DNA of 64,000 nt from Balanoglossus misakiensis (GCA_040954595.2 CM082576.2:15299028-15363027); one strand, 5' to 3'. Positions 36,176 through 50,041 are shown, numbered from the stretch's first letter. The notes: generated by a model not told the origin, from the letters alone. Numbers and translations: made by a program.

Positions 36176-39100
36176 TTAGCCAGTACGCGTGCTGTTGCCA
36201 GAGTCTCCTTCGGTTTTACAACACAGGCCACGGTACAGGCCGACTGTTTTCATGCGTAGCAGAAACACCCCGAAAATGAAAACACCCTGCAAGGTATTGG
36301 CAACAATGAAAATGTAATCCAAGACATCGGCCTGATAAAAGCCATCCACAAATCCAATAATCCACGTCAACCCCATAACGGTAGACATCTTGATAGAAAA
36401 GATTACATGTTGAGCCGTGTACGACGTGTGTCGGTGCCTTTTCATTTCTCTCTCCGATGCTAACATGGAGAACACGGTGTATATTAAGCAAACGACATTG
36501 AAAAGAACAATCAGGCTAACAGGGCCGAGGAACGTGACAATCAAAGGCGTCAGCCGACCGATCCAACATACGGGACCCTCACTGTAACCAACCCGGAAAC
36601 CATACGGAGCAGTATGATCGATCACTACACAGACTCCAACGAAAACGAACGGTAGCAACCAGGCATACAAACAGTAGTACACAAATATGTTGCCATTCCC
36701 CACATCGGCCCGTGTCAGTTGTGTGCGCATGTGCACGATGTCAAAGGCCATGACACTCATCCAACAGAATGCCGCCAGCCAAATGTAGTGCGATACAATA
36801 GCAGCTGTTTTGCACAGCCAAGCAAACGTTGTCCAGTCTAAGACCGTGATAAACAACAGCTGCGCGATCAAAAGAGCTACGGCCAAATTTAGTATAATCT
36901 TTCCTGGGCGAGTTCTCATCTGTTTGAAAACAGAGATCGTGATGGCAGTGACCGAAAGACAGACTATGGACAGAATACAGCCAACAAGAGTTAACAGCTG
37001 TTTCAGTTTTGTTTTTGACTTCTGGTTCCAAAACGTAGTCATTCTTTTCTTGGACTGACACACGAAGGCTTGGGAACGGTCTTTCGATAGAACAAACTTT
37101 CCCTTTGGATAAACCGATGATTCAACTGAAAGAACGTCGTTGCTCACACGGAAGTTGCCTTCAGAAAATCTCAAAATCACTCCTGTACAACTCGTTATAA
37201 AGTCATCAACGTTTTTATTCGGAGATTTGCACATTGTGACCATAAGTTGTATATCTGGTGAGGCTGGACTTTTATGTGTGTAATGACATGTTTTAGACAC
37301 AAATAATTGGGAGCTGTAATTCCATGTTACGTTAGCCATTAGGTCTTCATTTACAGTCACGTTGGTGTACTCAAATTTGTGACTCTCAAATGTGACTTGT
37401 TCGGTTCTGTTACCACAGACGGGGTTCAACATTTCAAAAGTGACCGACCTGACGACAAAGCCCACCATCAGCAATTCTGAGCCGACTTGAGACCAGGTTG
37501 CCGCACAGGCTGCTGGGAGAAAATCACCGGTGAAATTGGACTCCACGCGAACAAGAACGGACAAAGTGACAAGTAAATCACCAAAATCCTCCGCTCTGTC
37601 ACAATGGTAATGCGAGTTGGAAATGTTGTGTGTGTAAATAACGGACAGATTTCGTATCAGTGACGTCACGGTTTCTTCGAGGTTGAAGAAATCGCACCCG
37701 TCCACTTCCACCGATGGCAAAGAAACGCGGAAAGTGAGCAAAATGGCGGGATGTCTCCCGTGAGCTGACGCTACAAAGAAGTCGTTCAGCTCTGCCCGTT
37801 CTGATAAAGGATTCTTTTTCAATTTCGTTATGTCAAAATTGTCGTAATCAAAGACGTGTCTCAAAATACATTTTCCTTGTAACATATCAAAGATTCGGCC
37901 ATGTTCGCAGCTCCACTGCTCTTGAGCACGAACGTCAGTCGTAGCAGACAGTCGATGTTCTCCCTGTGCGTTGAAGTCAAACAATATATCGAAGGCGGGC
38001 AATCGGTAAGAGACTATCCTATCAAGAGGCGGTAAACCGCATGTTACATAAGAAGGATTGATTGCAACGTCATTACATATTGCACAATGAATGTTCTTGT
38101 AATACCTAAATCCTCTAGCTCTCCCGCTTGATATGAATACCCCAACTGCTGCTGAATGACGGTGACACAGCTCAACAATTGTGGCGTTGGGGAAATCAGC
38201 TGGACAGGTGTCAATGGGCCTGAAACATTCAGTTACACCCTGCCGGAGATCGCCCTCGATAGACGGTCTCATTGAACAACGTTCTGACGACATCAAGAAG
38301 GAGACGATAGAGGAAATATTAGCCGACAAAATTTCCATTGGCATATCTCTCGGGCATTCCCAATTTAACGACGAAAAGTGCAGACTCGATTCATTCACAC
38401 TGTTACAAATAGCGCAGTGGATGTTGTTGTACACCATTTCACCGACAGAGTCAATCACTGGAGTAATATCAAAAACGGACGCATCTGTAATGAAAACGTA
38501 CAGAAGCTTATTGGGGCCAATTTCTAAAAAATAAAATAAAAATAAAAATCTCGTAATTACGAGTTTTTATTCTCGTAATTAAGAGTTTTTAATTCGTAAT
38601 TACGAGTTTTAGAGGGGAATATTTTCTCAAGATACGGCCGCTGCCGCTTCCAAGTGACACTGAAGAAACTCAGAAAAACGTACAGAAGCTTATTGGCGCC
38701 AATTTCTAAATAAATTAAATAAAAATAAAAATCTCGTAATTACGATTTTTTATTCTCGTAATTACGAGTTTTAGAGGGGAATATATTCTCAAGATACGGC
38801 CACCGCCGCTTCCCAGTGACACTGAATGAACTCACTACTACTCTCGTTCACAAAATAACACAGGTTTATTGCGTTAAATACGCGCGCGTCACTTGAATAA
38901 CAGCGCGTCAACCGGTTTTTTTCCTGTTTTGTGTGGCGACCAGGCAAACTCGAACTGCTTCAGCTCGATATAAATCAGTGGACACTTTGGGGCGCGTGAT
39001 CAATGACTGCATGAACAGTATACATGTGACAATATTGATAAAACTACAAAACTGACCCTCCTTCTACCATTGAGGGGGGGGGGAATAAATTTTTTTTCAA

Positions 39101-40431
39101 GATGAATAAATGGTAAAGACTGATTATTCATTTTGGCTAACTTTTGTCTACAAGCGGGATGAAAGTTGAATGTGGTCGAACGTTGATTCACTATATATCC
39201 ACATGTAGAATAACATAAATGGAACCTTGTATCAAACATAATTAGTGGAAAAAGGGCAGCGAGAGAGAGACTTTATCCCTTTAATGCATATGTGTAACTT
39301 TAAAAAATCCAATGTCATCATATACGGGCTTCATCTGTACATTTTTCCTGTTCCTGTTTGCAATGACAAACGCAACAGGTACCTTCGAGTTTTGACTTCT
39401 GCATGGTGTCAGTATTTCAGCGCGGCGAGGGCAACCTCACGATTTGCATCCTACACGAGGGAGTCTAGCATCCAGCCGTATTTCTCCACTTTGCTGAGCG
39501 GGCAAAACACGGCTAGAAACTAGACTGGAGGGATGGCGATCGTCTGGCTGTTTTCCGAAGTAGAACCGAAAAGGTCAAACTGACAAATAGTGAGAAAAGT
39601 AACATTGGTCTTACCACTGGCAGTCTCACACCGCTGTCGGACATTCTCGTGTGGCCAGTCCCTGGGACATTTGTGCGTCGCCATGACGTCATGCCTCCCA
39701 CCAGTAGCGCGCATACAATATTCTGGCAGCCATATTTCATCGGGGTCAGGCACCTGTCCACTGTCACCAAAGCATCTGTCTATGTAATCGTGACAACAGT
39801 CTTCACGCACTAAGCATTCAGGCTCACAGCTACACATTGTATTTTCATAGTCTCTCAGCTTCACGGTGGCGATGCCGTTGCAAACAAGGCCGCTCGGCGT
39901 GAGGCACGAGTCCATACGAAATCCCGTGTTTGGATAACGGCACTGCAGTGACTCTGCATCCAAAAAATAATTTCGAGGAGCTAGAGTTGGCGCGGCTGTG
40001 CTGCTTGACGTCACTGACGGTCGGGAACCTGTCACTGATGGTGATGAGACGGGTTCCGTTGTCGTTACGGTGTTCGTTTCTTGAGACTTTGGTTGAGCGG
40101 TTGTTGCCAGAGGTCTCCCGTTGTCGAAAGAGGAGTCTTCAATCGTTGTCGACTGTAATGTTGGATGGCTCGTTGCTAGATTTGAGGTTAGGCTGGGCCG
40201 GGATGTAGTGCTTCGTGGAGATATTGGAACGGTCTTCGTCATTCCGGGGGTCTGTCGAGAGAGTTTTGTCAAAGGCGCGCTGTTCGTGAATTCCTCCTGT
40301 TTCCTGGTCGTCATTACAGTGGATCTTGAGGACGTCGTTTCATAGCCCGTACCAGTTGCACGCGTCCATACCAGCAACTTATCTCCGTTGGTGATTAAAA
40401 CCAAGCAGCAAAAACACCAAACTGCCTTCAT
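36176..40431 (-). CDS. Family-B-like (adhesion/Methuselah-like) 7TM receptor, ~1041 aa, 2 coding exons (39615-40431, 36176-38484): signal peptide, Ser/Thr stalk, somatomedin-B, Cys-rich repeats, 7TM
   Basis: Donor AGTG|gtaaga and acceptor ttacag|AT are both phase 1. CSCEPECLVREDCCHDY (SMB); two Y.NIHCAICN repeats; TM motifs GCILSIVCL, HYIWLAAFCWM, CWI, MGLTW and LQGVFIF. Confidence 0.9.
38492..38830. repeat. Intronic tandem duplication (~183-bp unit) with internal palindromic CTCGTAATTACGAG subrepeats
   Basis: AAAACGTACAGAAGCTTATTGG starts at ~38493 and ~38676. Confidence 0.85.
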
Positions 40432-40700
40432 AATGAATGCGTCATTAAATCTGGAATAACACCCAGAAAGAGGATTTTTTTAAAAAAAGGCAAAATTGAC
40501 TTTGATGATTTCTGAAGTGAAATTTGTCAGCCACATCACATCCCGGTCGAAAATCACACCACACCCGTAACGCATAACCAGAGCAATCCGGTGTCCGTTA
40601 TCGGTCACGCTATACATAGAATACGCGTAAAATTTATCAAAGGAAGTAGCCAATTCTACAATATATATGCAAACATAAACATATCAAGACACCAACTTAA

Positions 40701-41045
40701 AGGGACAAAGTCTCTCCCTCGCTGCCCCTTTTCCATTAATTATGTTTGATACAAGACATTGTTTATGTTATTCTACATGTGGGTTTATATAGTGAATCAG
40801 CATTCAACCACACACACCTTCCATCCCACTTGTAGACACAAGAGTGAAAAACTCGCCAAAATGAATAATCGATGTACCGTTTATTCATTTTGCGAGATTT
40901 TTACTCTCATATCCTGCAAACGGGATGGAAGTTGTGTGTGGTTGAACGTTCATTCACTATATATCCACATGTCGAATAACATAAACGGTGTATTGTATTA
41001 AACATAATTAATGGAAAAGGGCAGCGAGAGAGAGACTTTGTTCCT
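40701..41045. mobile_element. Palindromic Kolobok-type MITE (partial copies at ~34452, ~39060-39283, ~41615-41788)
   Basis: TTAA TSDs; long TIR AGGGACAAAGTCTCTC..CGCTGCCCCTTTTCCATTAATTATGTTT. Confidence 0.85.
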
Positions 41046-42791
41046 TTAAACATTTTACTATATTATGTTTGACTCTGTTCAGTTTCAGTTCTTACAGTTA
41101 CAGTCACATTTGGTATTTTGTAACACAACTTCAGCGGTCAATAACGAGACGCCGTGCACATCGCCGGGCGCGACAATTACATGCTGAGAAACGTCGTCGA
41201 ATTTTCCAGCTTTTATTTGACACGTACGTAAATGCATTTTAGTGTGTATACATTTGCGTGCCAAGCAAAGTCCGCATGCAGTGTTGAACATATACTTACC
41301 ACAATTGAGAACAAGTCTCTTGGACAGTCAGTTGCCTGATATACCTGAGTTAGTGGCTTGTTGATTGCTCCCGGAAAATCTTCCCTCAAAAGATTCGTCC
41401 AAACTAAGCTTTGGTGACAGATTCGATGTATATATATGTTGGTATATGATTAAAATGATTGGTCTCCAAGGCTGTGTTTTGCGTATGCGCTTCCTAAGGT
41501 ATCGAACCAATAGAAATCACTGTCACCAACTTCATAGTTACATAAATTCGTACTGCGCATGCGTAAAACTTTTGTTGACGGAAAATCAACAGGTAAAATG
41601 TCACTTCTGCCGATTATTCATTTTGGCGATTTTTTCATTCTCGAGTCTACAAGTCGGATAGGAGTTGTGTGTTGTTGAACATTAATTCACTTTTCATGTA
41701 TATCCACATGTACGTTAGCATAAACGGTGACTTGTATCAAACATAATTAATGAAAAAAGGGCAGCGAGAGAGAGACTTTGTCCCTTTAATCCTATATTGC
41801 ATTACAGGGATACTTCCAACTCTATAGTCGACACAATTTTCAATGTGTTGTCTCAATGTTTAGTCTCAGCATTCTCAAAACTTAATGTTATAGATATATG
41901 AAAGTTTACATTATTGAATGTTTATGGTCAGTAATACAATCACTATAATCATCAAATGAAGCAACATGCCATCTTCATGAAATCACCAGTGTGTGCACGT
42001 GTACATCGGTAGCGTTTGGATAATATAACTTGTCCCAGAACATGGAATAGTGGCGAGTTTGCATACGAAGATCATCTAGTACTGCATGTTAATGCCAGTA
42101 AGCTAGGTGCCCTGTTTCTACAGAAACCAGACTCGCCCGTTTCGACGCAGTAAAGTTAAGTCAGTGTGTGTGCACGTGTACAACAAATTAGAGCCGGGAT
42201 GTATTTGGATGTTAATACAGACGAGTGATGAAGAGCAAAAGTGATTTTCTCTACTGACGTGTTTAAGAATCACGTGAAGTAAAATTTACCGAGAGCGCGC
42301 ATTGAAACGGCTTAGGGCTGAGAGATAAAAGATTGTTTCGAAGGTGCACACGATTCAGACCCGAGGGTACTGGTCCATCGCTAGAAGGTGTAATCACCAT
42401 TTGTGAGAGTAATCAACCAAATGGGACAGTTCTTCCCCCAGCCTTGAATTTCCGAAAATCTCAAAGGCTTTCTTCATTTTAATTGGAGGGTGTGGCTAGT
42501 TTCAAAGCGCGACTGCTTTGAACGGGCAGCTGGTGGATCATCGTGGTGTTCCCGGAGGGAATTCTCGAGACTTGAATATACCTCGCGTTTCCTGTATACG
42601 CAGATACTCATGCAAATTAGGGTTCATTTTCCTGTGGGAGGAAAACGCAGCGGCTGTCTAAGTAGCGTCATTTAAGCGATTACGGTGGCGAAAGGAGACT
42701 TTAATAGACATGGTGATTAAGACACTGACATCAATATTGTGACGTTTCATTGTGACGGCGTATACACCGCCCTGGGTGAACTGTCAGTTAA

Positions 42792-43194
42792 GGATGTACG
42801 CGCAGAACATAAACCGGAAACACTGCGCGCACCCGTCTTTTCCCCATAGGATTACATTGATAATCGCTAGAAAACAAACTTCTACTATTGTCATTTTAAC
42901 GAAATTTTACACGTAGCTCAGTCCAGCAAATATCATTTCATTGGTCAAATAAAATATAGGGGTCAACACGCTCTATTTTGAGATAAATTGCGTTAAAAAT
43001 TGTGCCCATAGACAAACCATTGGTGAAAAATGCTGAGTCTTCTATTATCGACCAAATTCATGGCTCTGTATTTCATAAACAAGCGCGCTGACCCCTATAT
43101 TTTATTACGGATATTCATTATACATATAAAGGAGAATCCAAAAATCCACAATTAAAAAAATGACAATACTTTCAATTTTACTGAACGTACATCC
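42792..43194. mobile_element. Kolobok-type MITE (inverted partial relative at ~60870-61185)
   Basis: TTAA|GGATGTACG ... CGTACATCC|TTAA. Confidence 0.8.
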
Positions 43195-43242
43195 TTAATA
43201 CAACTATCACAGTGTTGGCATATTGAAACATGTGCGGGTTAA

Positions 43243-43975
43243 GGTGGCATTGCATGAAAAGTTGTGATTTTTGCCAAATTTTACTTTTTTACATAAATCG
43301 GTAGGCCTAATACTCACCCACATCCTGACTAATACGTCTTGGCGGAAATGGTGCACAATCACCCCCAAATAGCACTTTTCTGAATGAGTTCACAGCTTAA
43401 CAAATAGGTGTCAACAATGCAAATGGCCGTTTTTCTCGGTTTGCATTTTCGCTGCTTTTGACAACTTCGGACTAAAATAGCTTCGCCCTGCGTTGGCCGA
43501 ATTTGCTCAAATTTTGACAGGGAAATGTGTATGACCCATCCAACAAAACGCTAGTTTTGTTTGTCGATAAAGTGTCCCTGGCGGGAATAAACTCTGATTC
43601 AATACAACTCACCGTGAATTTGATCAAATTTTCAGAAAATCTAACTTTCAAACGCTGTTACTCCTCAATGGAAGCAGATAACGCAAAACAAAATTAGCGT
43701 TTTTTTGCACGTGTACTCTAGTTTCGAATGACATATTAAGATGCATGATGCATGGTCAACTTTTTTACCTATTTTAAATTTCATGACATAATATCAAAAA
43801 ATGTTTTTTTTCACCCAAAATCGCCACCATTTCCGGGGATCAATAATATTTGCAACTCAAACAAAAGTTCAAAATCTCAGCTTCCAGAATATATATGGTT
43901 TATGGGGGTTTTAACTTTGTCTTTGATGAGAAATAGGCCTCTGAAAAAGTCTCGACGGTTTCATGCAGTGCCACC
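43243..43975. mobile_element. Kolobok-type non-autonomous element (inverted partial copy at ~56432-57005)
   Basis: TTAA|GGTGGCATTGCATGAAA ... TTTCATGCAGTGCCACC|TTAA; internal sequence recurs in reverse complement in an intron of the lectin-GAIN gene. Confidence 0.85.
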
Positions 43976-44838
43976 TTAAACATATTAAAAGTTCAACATG
44001 TAGTATGTATAGAAACTAAAGTCAACCATAGTTTTAAATGGAACATTTCTTTTTTTTGTCGTTAAAACGAACAACGGAAGTCTGTTTCCGCCACACACGA
44101 AAATCACCCATTAATTTCAAGTATTTTTGGCTTTGCCATCTTTGCATTATTGCCTTGCAATGATTTTATCTACATCAGCGATGTAGTTTTTCTAGCTGAA
44201 AATCGAAGAAAACTACACATTTTGGGGGCATCTGTTGGTACGAAAAGTCTGTTCATAATTTTCATGCATTACCTGTGTTTTTCTTTTTTTATCTTCCTAT
44301 TAACCTTTGCATGCTGAAATAAAGACACGCGATTTCAGTATTTTTGATATTGGAAGGGTATACCCAGCAAGTTAGCCCAAAGACTTCAATATAGAGTCGG
44401 AAATGATCACAGCACAACAGAAAGGGCGAGGAAAGTCGCCCGTGGTGGTCAATCATACATTCATACATACATTTTGTGTAGTAATTACTAATCTCAAGGT
44501 AGCTCCCGTAATCCCCTTAGGAGATAACCTCTTCTTGTCGAACACGTGATCCTGAAGTCATTGACCAATAGCACAATGACTACTCTCTCTCCCTCTCTCT
44601 GATGCAGGCGAGAGGGTTATTTAAGACATTGGTACAAAAGACTATTAATGTCATGAAATCCCGCGCTTCTATTACCGTCAGCTGAATCTCACAAGACAAG
44701 TACTTGATTGAAACATGTTGACTAGATGTATGCTATTACCGCGGAGCCATTACAAATGCCCTTCAGATGATAGGCAGAATTATAAAGTTATTTTGGAGAT
44801 ATTTCTTTGCACGAATTCTTTCTGTGTTATGTACCCGG

Positions 44839-45031
<193 letters not shown>

Positions 45032-45443
45032 ATGTGTGCATATGTGTACATGTAAATTAGCACGTTTCATTATCACACTTACATGTACAGAGAAATAATT
45101 TCAAAGACAGTTTTGCGGGATTCTTAATGGCACGGCGTTTTATTTGCCTTTGATTAAAGTGAATACAATACGTCAACATGCATTATCCAAATGTTTCTTG
45201 GAAGTCACATATACAAAAAACAACATAACGTCCGGCATTTAGTGTAACTATAAATGACAGTTGTCACAGTTTAACGAACATCAGAGTCAATTAAAGTAAT
45301 TAACACCGACATGAGAAATTAAATAAACTGTGCATGTCTAATGTCTAATACTATAAGTGGATGTCATAACATCGGCATTACTATAATTCAATATTTTTCC
45401 CTTGTTTAATTTATTAATACGGAACGCTTGGCCAATATGGCGT

Positions 45444-47177
45444 TTATCGGATTAGTATTGAATATCTCCAGTTTTCTCCCGCCAACGTCATCTGTTCGTC
45501 GTTTGCAGCATTGCAACACTCGGTATCCACCCAGTTGGCCCAGTGGCCATTGGGACTTGCGTTTTTGTCGTATCCCCAGACAAGTTGTTGATTCGACCAA
45601 CCAATACCGTTGTGAGGGTGGTTAGGATCGTTACCAGTCTGTTGAGAAATTGGATGTTGCGAAACTTAATTTTTGCTTACTTAGAGTATATTGGAAAATG
45701 TAGTTGTAATGAAACACTTCAGGTCAAATAAAAAATATGTGCTGTTCCGATTACATGGTTTTCAAAAATAGGGTAGGTAGGTAGGATATTTTTTTATTTT
45801 GCGATTTTTTTTATTTCTGTGGCCGCCAGTATAGAAGAATGATGTCATAGTTCTTGCGTGATTCGGCAATTAAAAAAATGTATATTTGGCATCGTTATTT
45901 TTACTTCCAGGTTTACGAAGCTCTAAAAAGTTTAGGGTCAGCGGGTTAAATTTAGGGTAGGTCGGGTAATCGGAACAGCACATATTTTTTATTTGGCTTA
46001 ATGAGGAGTAACATGCCCAAATACACACCTGTAATTGTTAACGACAACATATCAAGCGCATTTTGCTACACTTAGAAGTTTTTGAAGTCATCGTTGTAAT
46101 GAGTGGATTTACGTTGTCGAAAGATAGCAATACCAACATGTCGTTCATACTATCCTGATTTCTAACATGCCTGTCATTCCTGTTTTCCTTCAGGCAACCA
46201 CGTGGTGTCCAGTCAATCACTTGGTATCTAAATTGGCGAAGTTAATACTAATTGTCAATTCTCAGATAGAGTGCTGTGTTAAGTACTGACCTGATATGAC
46301 CGTTGACTGTTGGTAGCACTACTTTTCATGATGGCAATATCCTGAGCATGTCCACAGTATCCATCAATGTAACATTCTCCTCTCAATCCCGTCGTTTTCA
46401 TGTAGTCTCCATAATGTGATACTATATCTGCCGATGAGGGCGCCCAGCCATATACAACCTGAGAAATATAATTTTTAAAGTGTATTATTATAATTTTCCT
46501 TCCCTTAGAAAACAGCCTCGACATAACCAAGCATTCCGTACATCATATTTATAATGTACAACGACCCAATTGTCATGTCTATATAAATCCCTGATATAAA
46601 GTATCATCGATAAAAATATAATTATGCAATGATGGTATATTTCCAGTAATACAGAGAGCGAAATCACGACAATATGACGTAGAACGACCTTTTTTGTAGT
46701 TGTTTAGTAAACCTCACCTCTCTGTAGTTTTCCAGTTTCAATCCTTTTGTATAAATTGAAACACTAGTCGAAGATGGCGATACTGCTCTGACGTCATCAT
46801 TCCTGCCAAACACAAACATTACAATCGTGTATAAGACACGTGTTATCAATATGGTTTAGAGGGACAATTGACTGACACTATGATTGGCTAAGAGGCAGTT
46901 ACTTATTTAGGAAAATAAGTTGATTGATCATTTCACTCCTTACTAAAGGGGTATCGTAGTAAGGTAATAATCCTGGTGTGCTTCGTGCGCTCGGAACATA
47001 CTTTGTCGGTTGGCAATTTTGTTACAGATGATTGAAAATAAAAAAAAATGATTCATGCTAAATATACCTAGTAATTGACTCGTAAAACAAAGCTGCGTTA
47101 TCGTTGTTACCAGGTCTTGCCATCATATTATAAACACGTAACCAGCCACCACCGTTAAAGTCCATCTCGCAATACAC
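45444..47177 (-). CDS. Divergent fibrinogen-related (FReD/intelectin-like) domain gene, 3' exons 47068-47177, 46718-46802, 46291-46458, 45444-45638; 5' end unresolved
   Basis: VYCEMDFNGGGWLRV signature; phases 0-2-0-0 splice in frame to ...WRYSILIR*; AATAAA ~30 nt after the stop. Confidence 0.75.
45722..45998. mobile_element. MITE (same family as 52978-53249), intronic
   Basis: TIR GG(C/T)CAAATAAAAAATATGTGCTGTTCCGATTAC. Confidence 0.8.
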
Positions 47178-47461
47178 CTAAACAAATATTGTAAATCAGT
47201 TAATTAATAAATCAAAAAATTCCATCCCATGCACCAGATGTATCGATCTATTTATAATATTAAAGATGATAGTCAATGAAATGATAGGAATGCTCGAGTG
47301 CGCACTGACCAAGGGACACAGTAAAGGCAGGTAGGCCTACATTGGACAATTATTATGTGTATTCTGTAGCTATGAATTATGTTTTTAGGACTTAAGAGTC
47401 GGGTGACTGACTGGATGAGATTGACACGTCATGTGAATTGTACATATGGTAACTGTTGCAT

Positions 47462-47535
47462 TAGTCTGGTCCCCTGCCCCATTCCCACCGCTGGGGCGCA
47501 ACTAGTGGTGGGAATGGGGCAGGGGGACCAGACTA
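47462..47535. repeat. Short hairpin MITE with TAG..CTA ends
   Basis: TAGTCTGGTCCCCTGCCCCATTCCCACC...GGTGGGAATGGGGCAGGGGGACCAGACTA. Confidence 0.75.
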
Positions 47536-49331
47536 GTGTTGCATGTGTCGTCTGTCAGTGAGTGCACCGATCCATTTTAGGTGGCGACTGTGAAAAGAGT
47601 GAACATTCTGGATGACAAACTTGTTTACTGCCAAACCAGCATCATAGTCACATGTTTTTGGCTTCAGTGTGATATTTTGGCATCCTGCATCGTATCATGG
47701 TCAGTCATTTCAACATTTAACTGTAATGGTCAGCATGCAAGTCAGGATGAACATCACTGTTAGGGACATTTATAAAGAAAACGAATGTATGATCATGAAT
47801 AGAAGTGGAAAGTGTAATGAAAGGAGTGAGTAAGAATAGAACGCCCCGTGGATGTAACAATGTGAACGTGACCCGTTTCAATAGAAATTGAAATGTTTAA
47901 ACGTCCTCGTCACCGAGGGAAATGACACGAGATAAAAAAGGGTGGTGATCGCTGTCCATGATGATGATAGCGATATCATCTTTATATATTGGAGTAACAT
48001 ACACCAAACATTCAAAAATGAATGTAAATAATGAATGCTGAAAAACATGTCTCGATGTACACTGAGTTGAGGAATCATATATGCAGACTAGTGTTGCATG
48101 TGTCGTCTGTCAGTGAGTGCACCGATCCATTTTAGGTGGCGACTGTGAAAAGAGTGAACATTCTGGATGACAAACTTGTTTACTGCCAAACCAGCATCAT
48201 GAATGACTGATAATCAGAATATATTTGTCACCAGAGACATTAGAGTTCTACTTCTACTCGCGCTCGGTGTCGCCTCTCCATCTGTGCTTCAAATCGCCAT
48301 CTCTAGTTATAGTGTTTAATCTTCTCCGTTTTGGACCTCCCTATTCTCCCAGCAATCAGTCGGAACGGACATTTGGGTCAACGTCCGCGTTGCCCGTCAT
48401 ACGCTTATGCCAATTATACCCATTGAGGGTACCCGAATAGGCTATAATGGAAGGGGGAAATATTTCATGGGCGCTCGATGACAATATCTGCATGTGATCC
48501 CATTTGCCCTTTGCGCAATGTACACGGTTTCCCACCTTGAAAGTTTACTACTGCGTATTTCTTATACGCAAAACTGAAATTATCAGTAGAAAGGTCAACG
48601 AACGCTGAGCCCCCAAAAACAAGAACCGCAGTCACAGCAACCAGCAGGGATGAACGTCAAAGTTCACCTTGACTATTTGACAGCACTTATGCAGAAATAA
48701 CAAATGTCATCTTGAAAACCTCAAGGCACAAAGCAATGTCGGTATAGCATCTCAAAATGCTTTCAGCTGTATGACAAGGGATCCAAAATAAACATACAGC
48801 TGAATTCTGCAAGACCGATAAATCACTCGACACAATTTAACATTAAAAAAAACTCGCAAGATGTCACGTTTACAGAATATTTATTTATATCCATAGTCAC
48901 ATGTTTTTGGCTTCAGTGTGATATTTTGGCATCCTGCATCGTATCATGGTCAGTCATTTCAACATTTAACTGTAATGGTCAGCATGCAAGTCAGGATGAA
49001 CATCACTGTTAGGGACATTTATAAAGAAAACGAATGTATGATCATGAATAGAAGTGGAAAGTGTAATGAAAGGAGTGAGTAAGAATAGAACGCCCCGTGG
49101 ATGTAACAATGTGAACGTGACCCGTTTCAATAGAAATTGAAATGTTTAAACGTCCTCGTCACCGAGGGAAATGACACGAGATAAAAAAGGGTGGTGATCG
49201 CTGTCCATGATGATGATAGCGATATCATCTTTATATATTGGAGTAACATACACCAAACATTCAAAAATGAATGTAAATAATGAATGCTGAAAAACATGTC
49301 TCGATGTACACTGAGTTGAGGAATCATATAT
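47529..49331. repeat. Tandem duplication of ~555 bp; second copy interrupted by a ~690-bp insertion (~48201-48891)
   Basis: 47529-48081 equals 48084-48200 + 48892-49331 nearly identically; identical ORFs at 47878-48078 and 49127-49327. Confidence 0.9.
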
Positions 49332-49897
49332 CGTAATAATTATATGAATTTTGTCAAGCCCACAACTAAATCTAAACGAACCAATCCCAGTAGAGTATGT
49401 ACCACGTCTGCGTTTTAAAGTCCAAGATAATGTTCTTCTGTGCTGAGCTTGGGTGCACTTTCGGAGAGAGTAGACTTGCCAAGCATCTGGAAACTGGCAA
49501 TCTCAATAGATAAGCAACACCTATCACAGACGAGGAAAGGCTAGATCAATCGTTTAGGTAAGGAAGCGGGTTTTAAACAGATAAGAATCTTTGTTTCGCC
49601 CCCAAAAAATGATGAAAATCAATTTCACTCCAGTATGTATTTATAATAATTGATGATATCGTGCAAAAACACTCAACCACCGATTTCTTATTTACTTTGC
49701 TTAGATTCCAGTAATCGTGTACGTATAACCATATTCTCTTCAGCCTATGAAAGTCAGTAAACTAATGTTAGTTCCTACATTGCAAGTGCTCAATGGTGAA
49801 TAAAACCAACGTTATATAGAACATTTGTGGTCCTCATTATATTACTGTCTTCTCCCGTTGGCATAGGTGGTCACAAATCAGAAAGCAACGTCAGAAA

Positions 49898-50041
49898 ATG
49901 GCACTATTTTCAAACGACACAGGTTTGGACGGGGTAACCAACGCTACTGATTCAGAAGTCGCCCTATTCAGCTTCAGCACACCATTCAAATATGCAGTCC
50001 TGTTTGTATCGGTGATCGGCCTGATAGACAACGTTCTCGTT
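49898..50041 (+). pseudogene. Class A GPCR 5' fragment (N-terminus + TM1)
   Basis: N-glycosylation sites NDT/NAT, then FKYAVLFVSVIGLIDNVLV (TM1 GN-like); the frame then loses similarity. Confidence 0.55.

Noticed and set aside
39520-39614. Apparent premature stop of the SMB ORF
   Set aside because: This is read-through into an intron; a strong donor at 39614 joins in frame to the 7TM exon.
46038-46227. Extra exon for the FReD-like gene
   Set aside because: Phase-incompatible with the strong flanking sites; exon 46291-46458 joins 45638 directly in frame.
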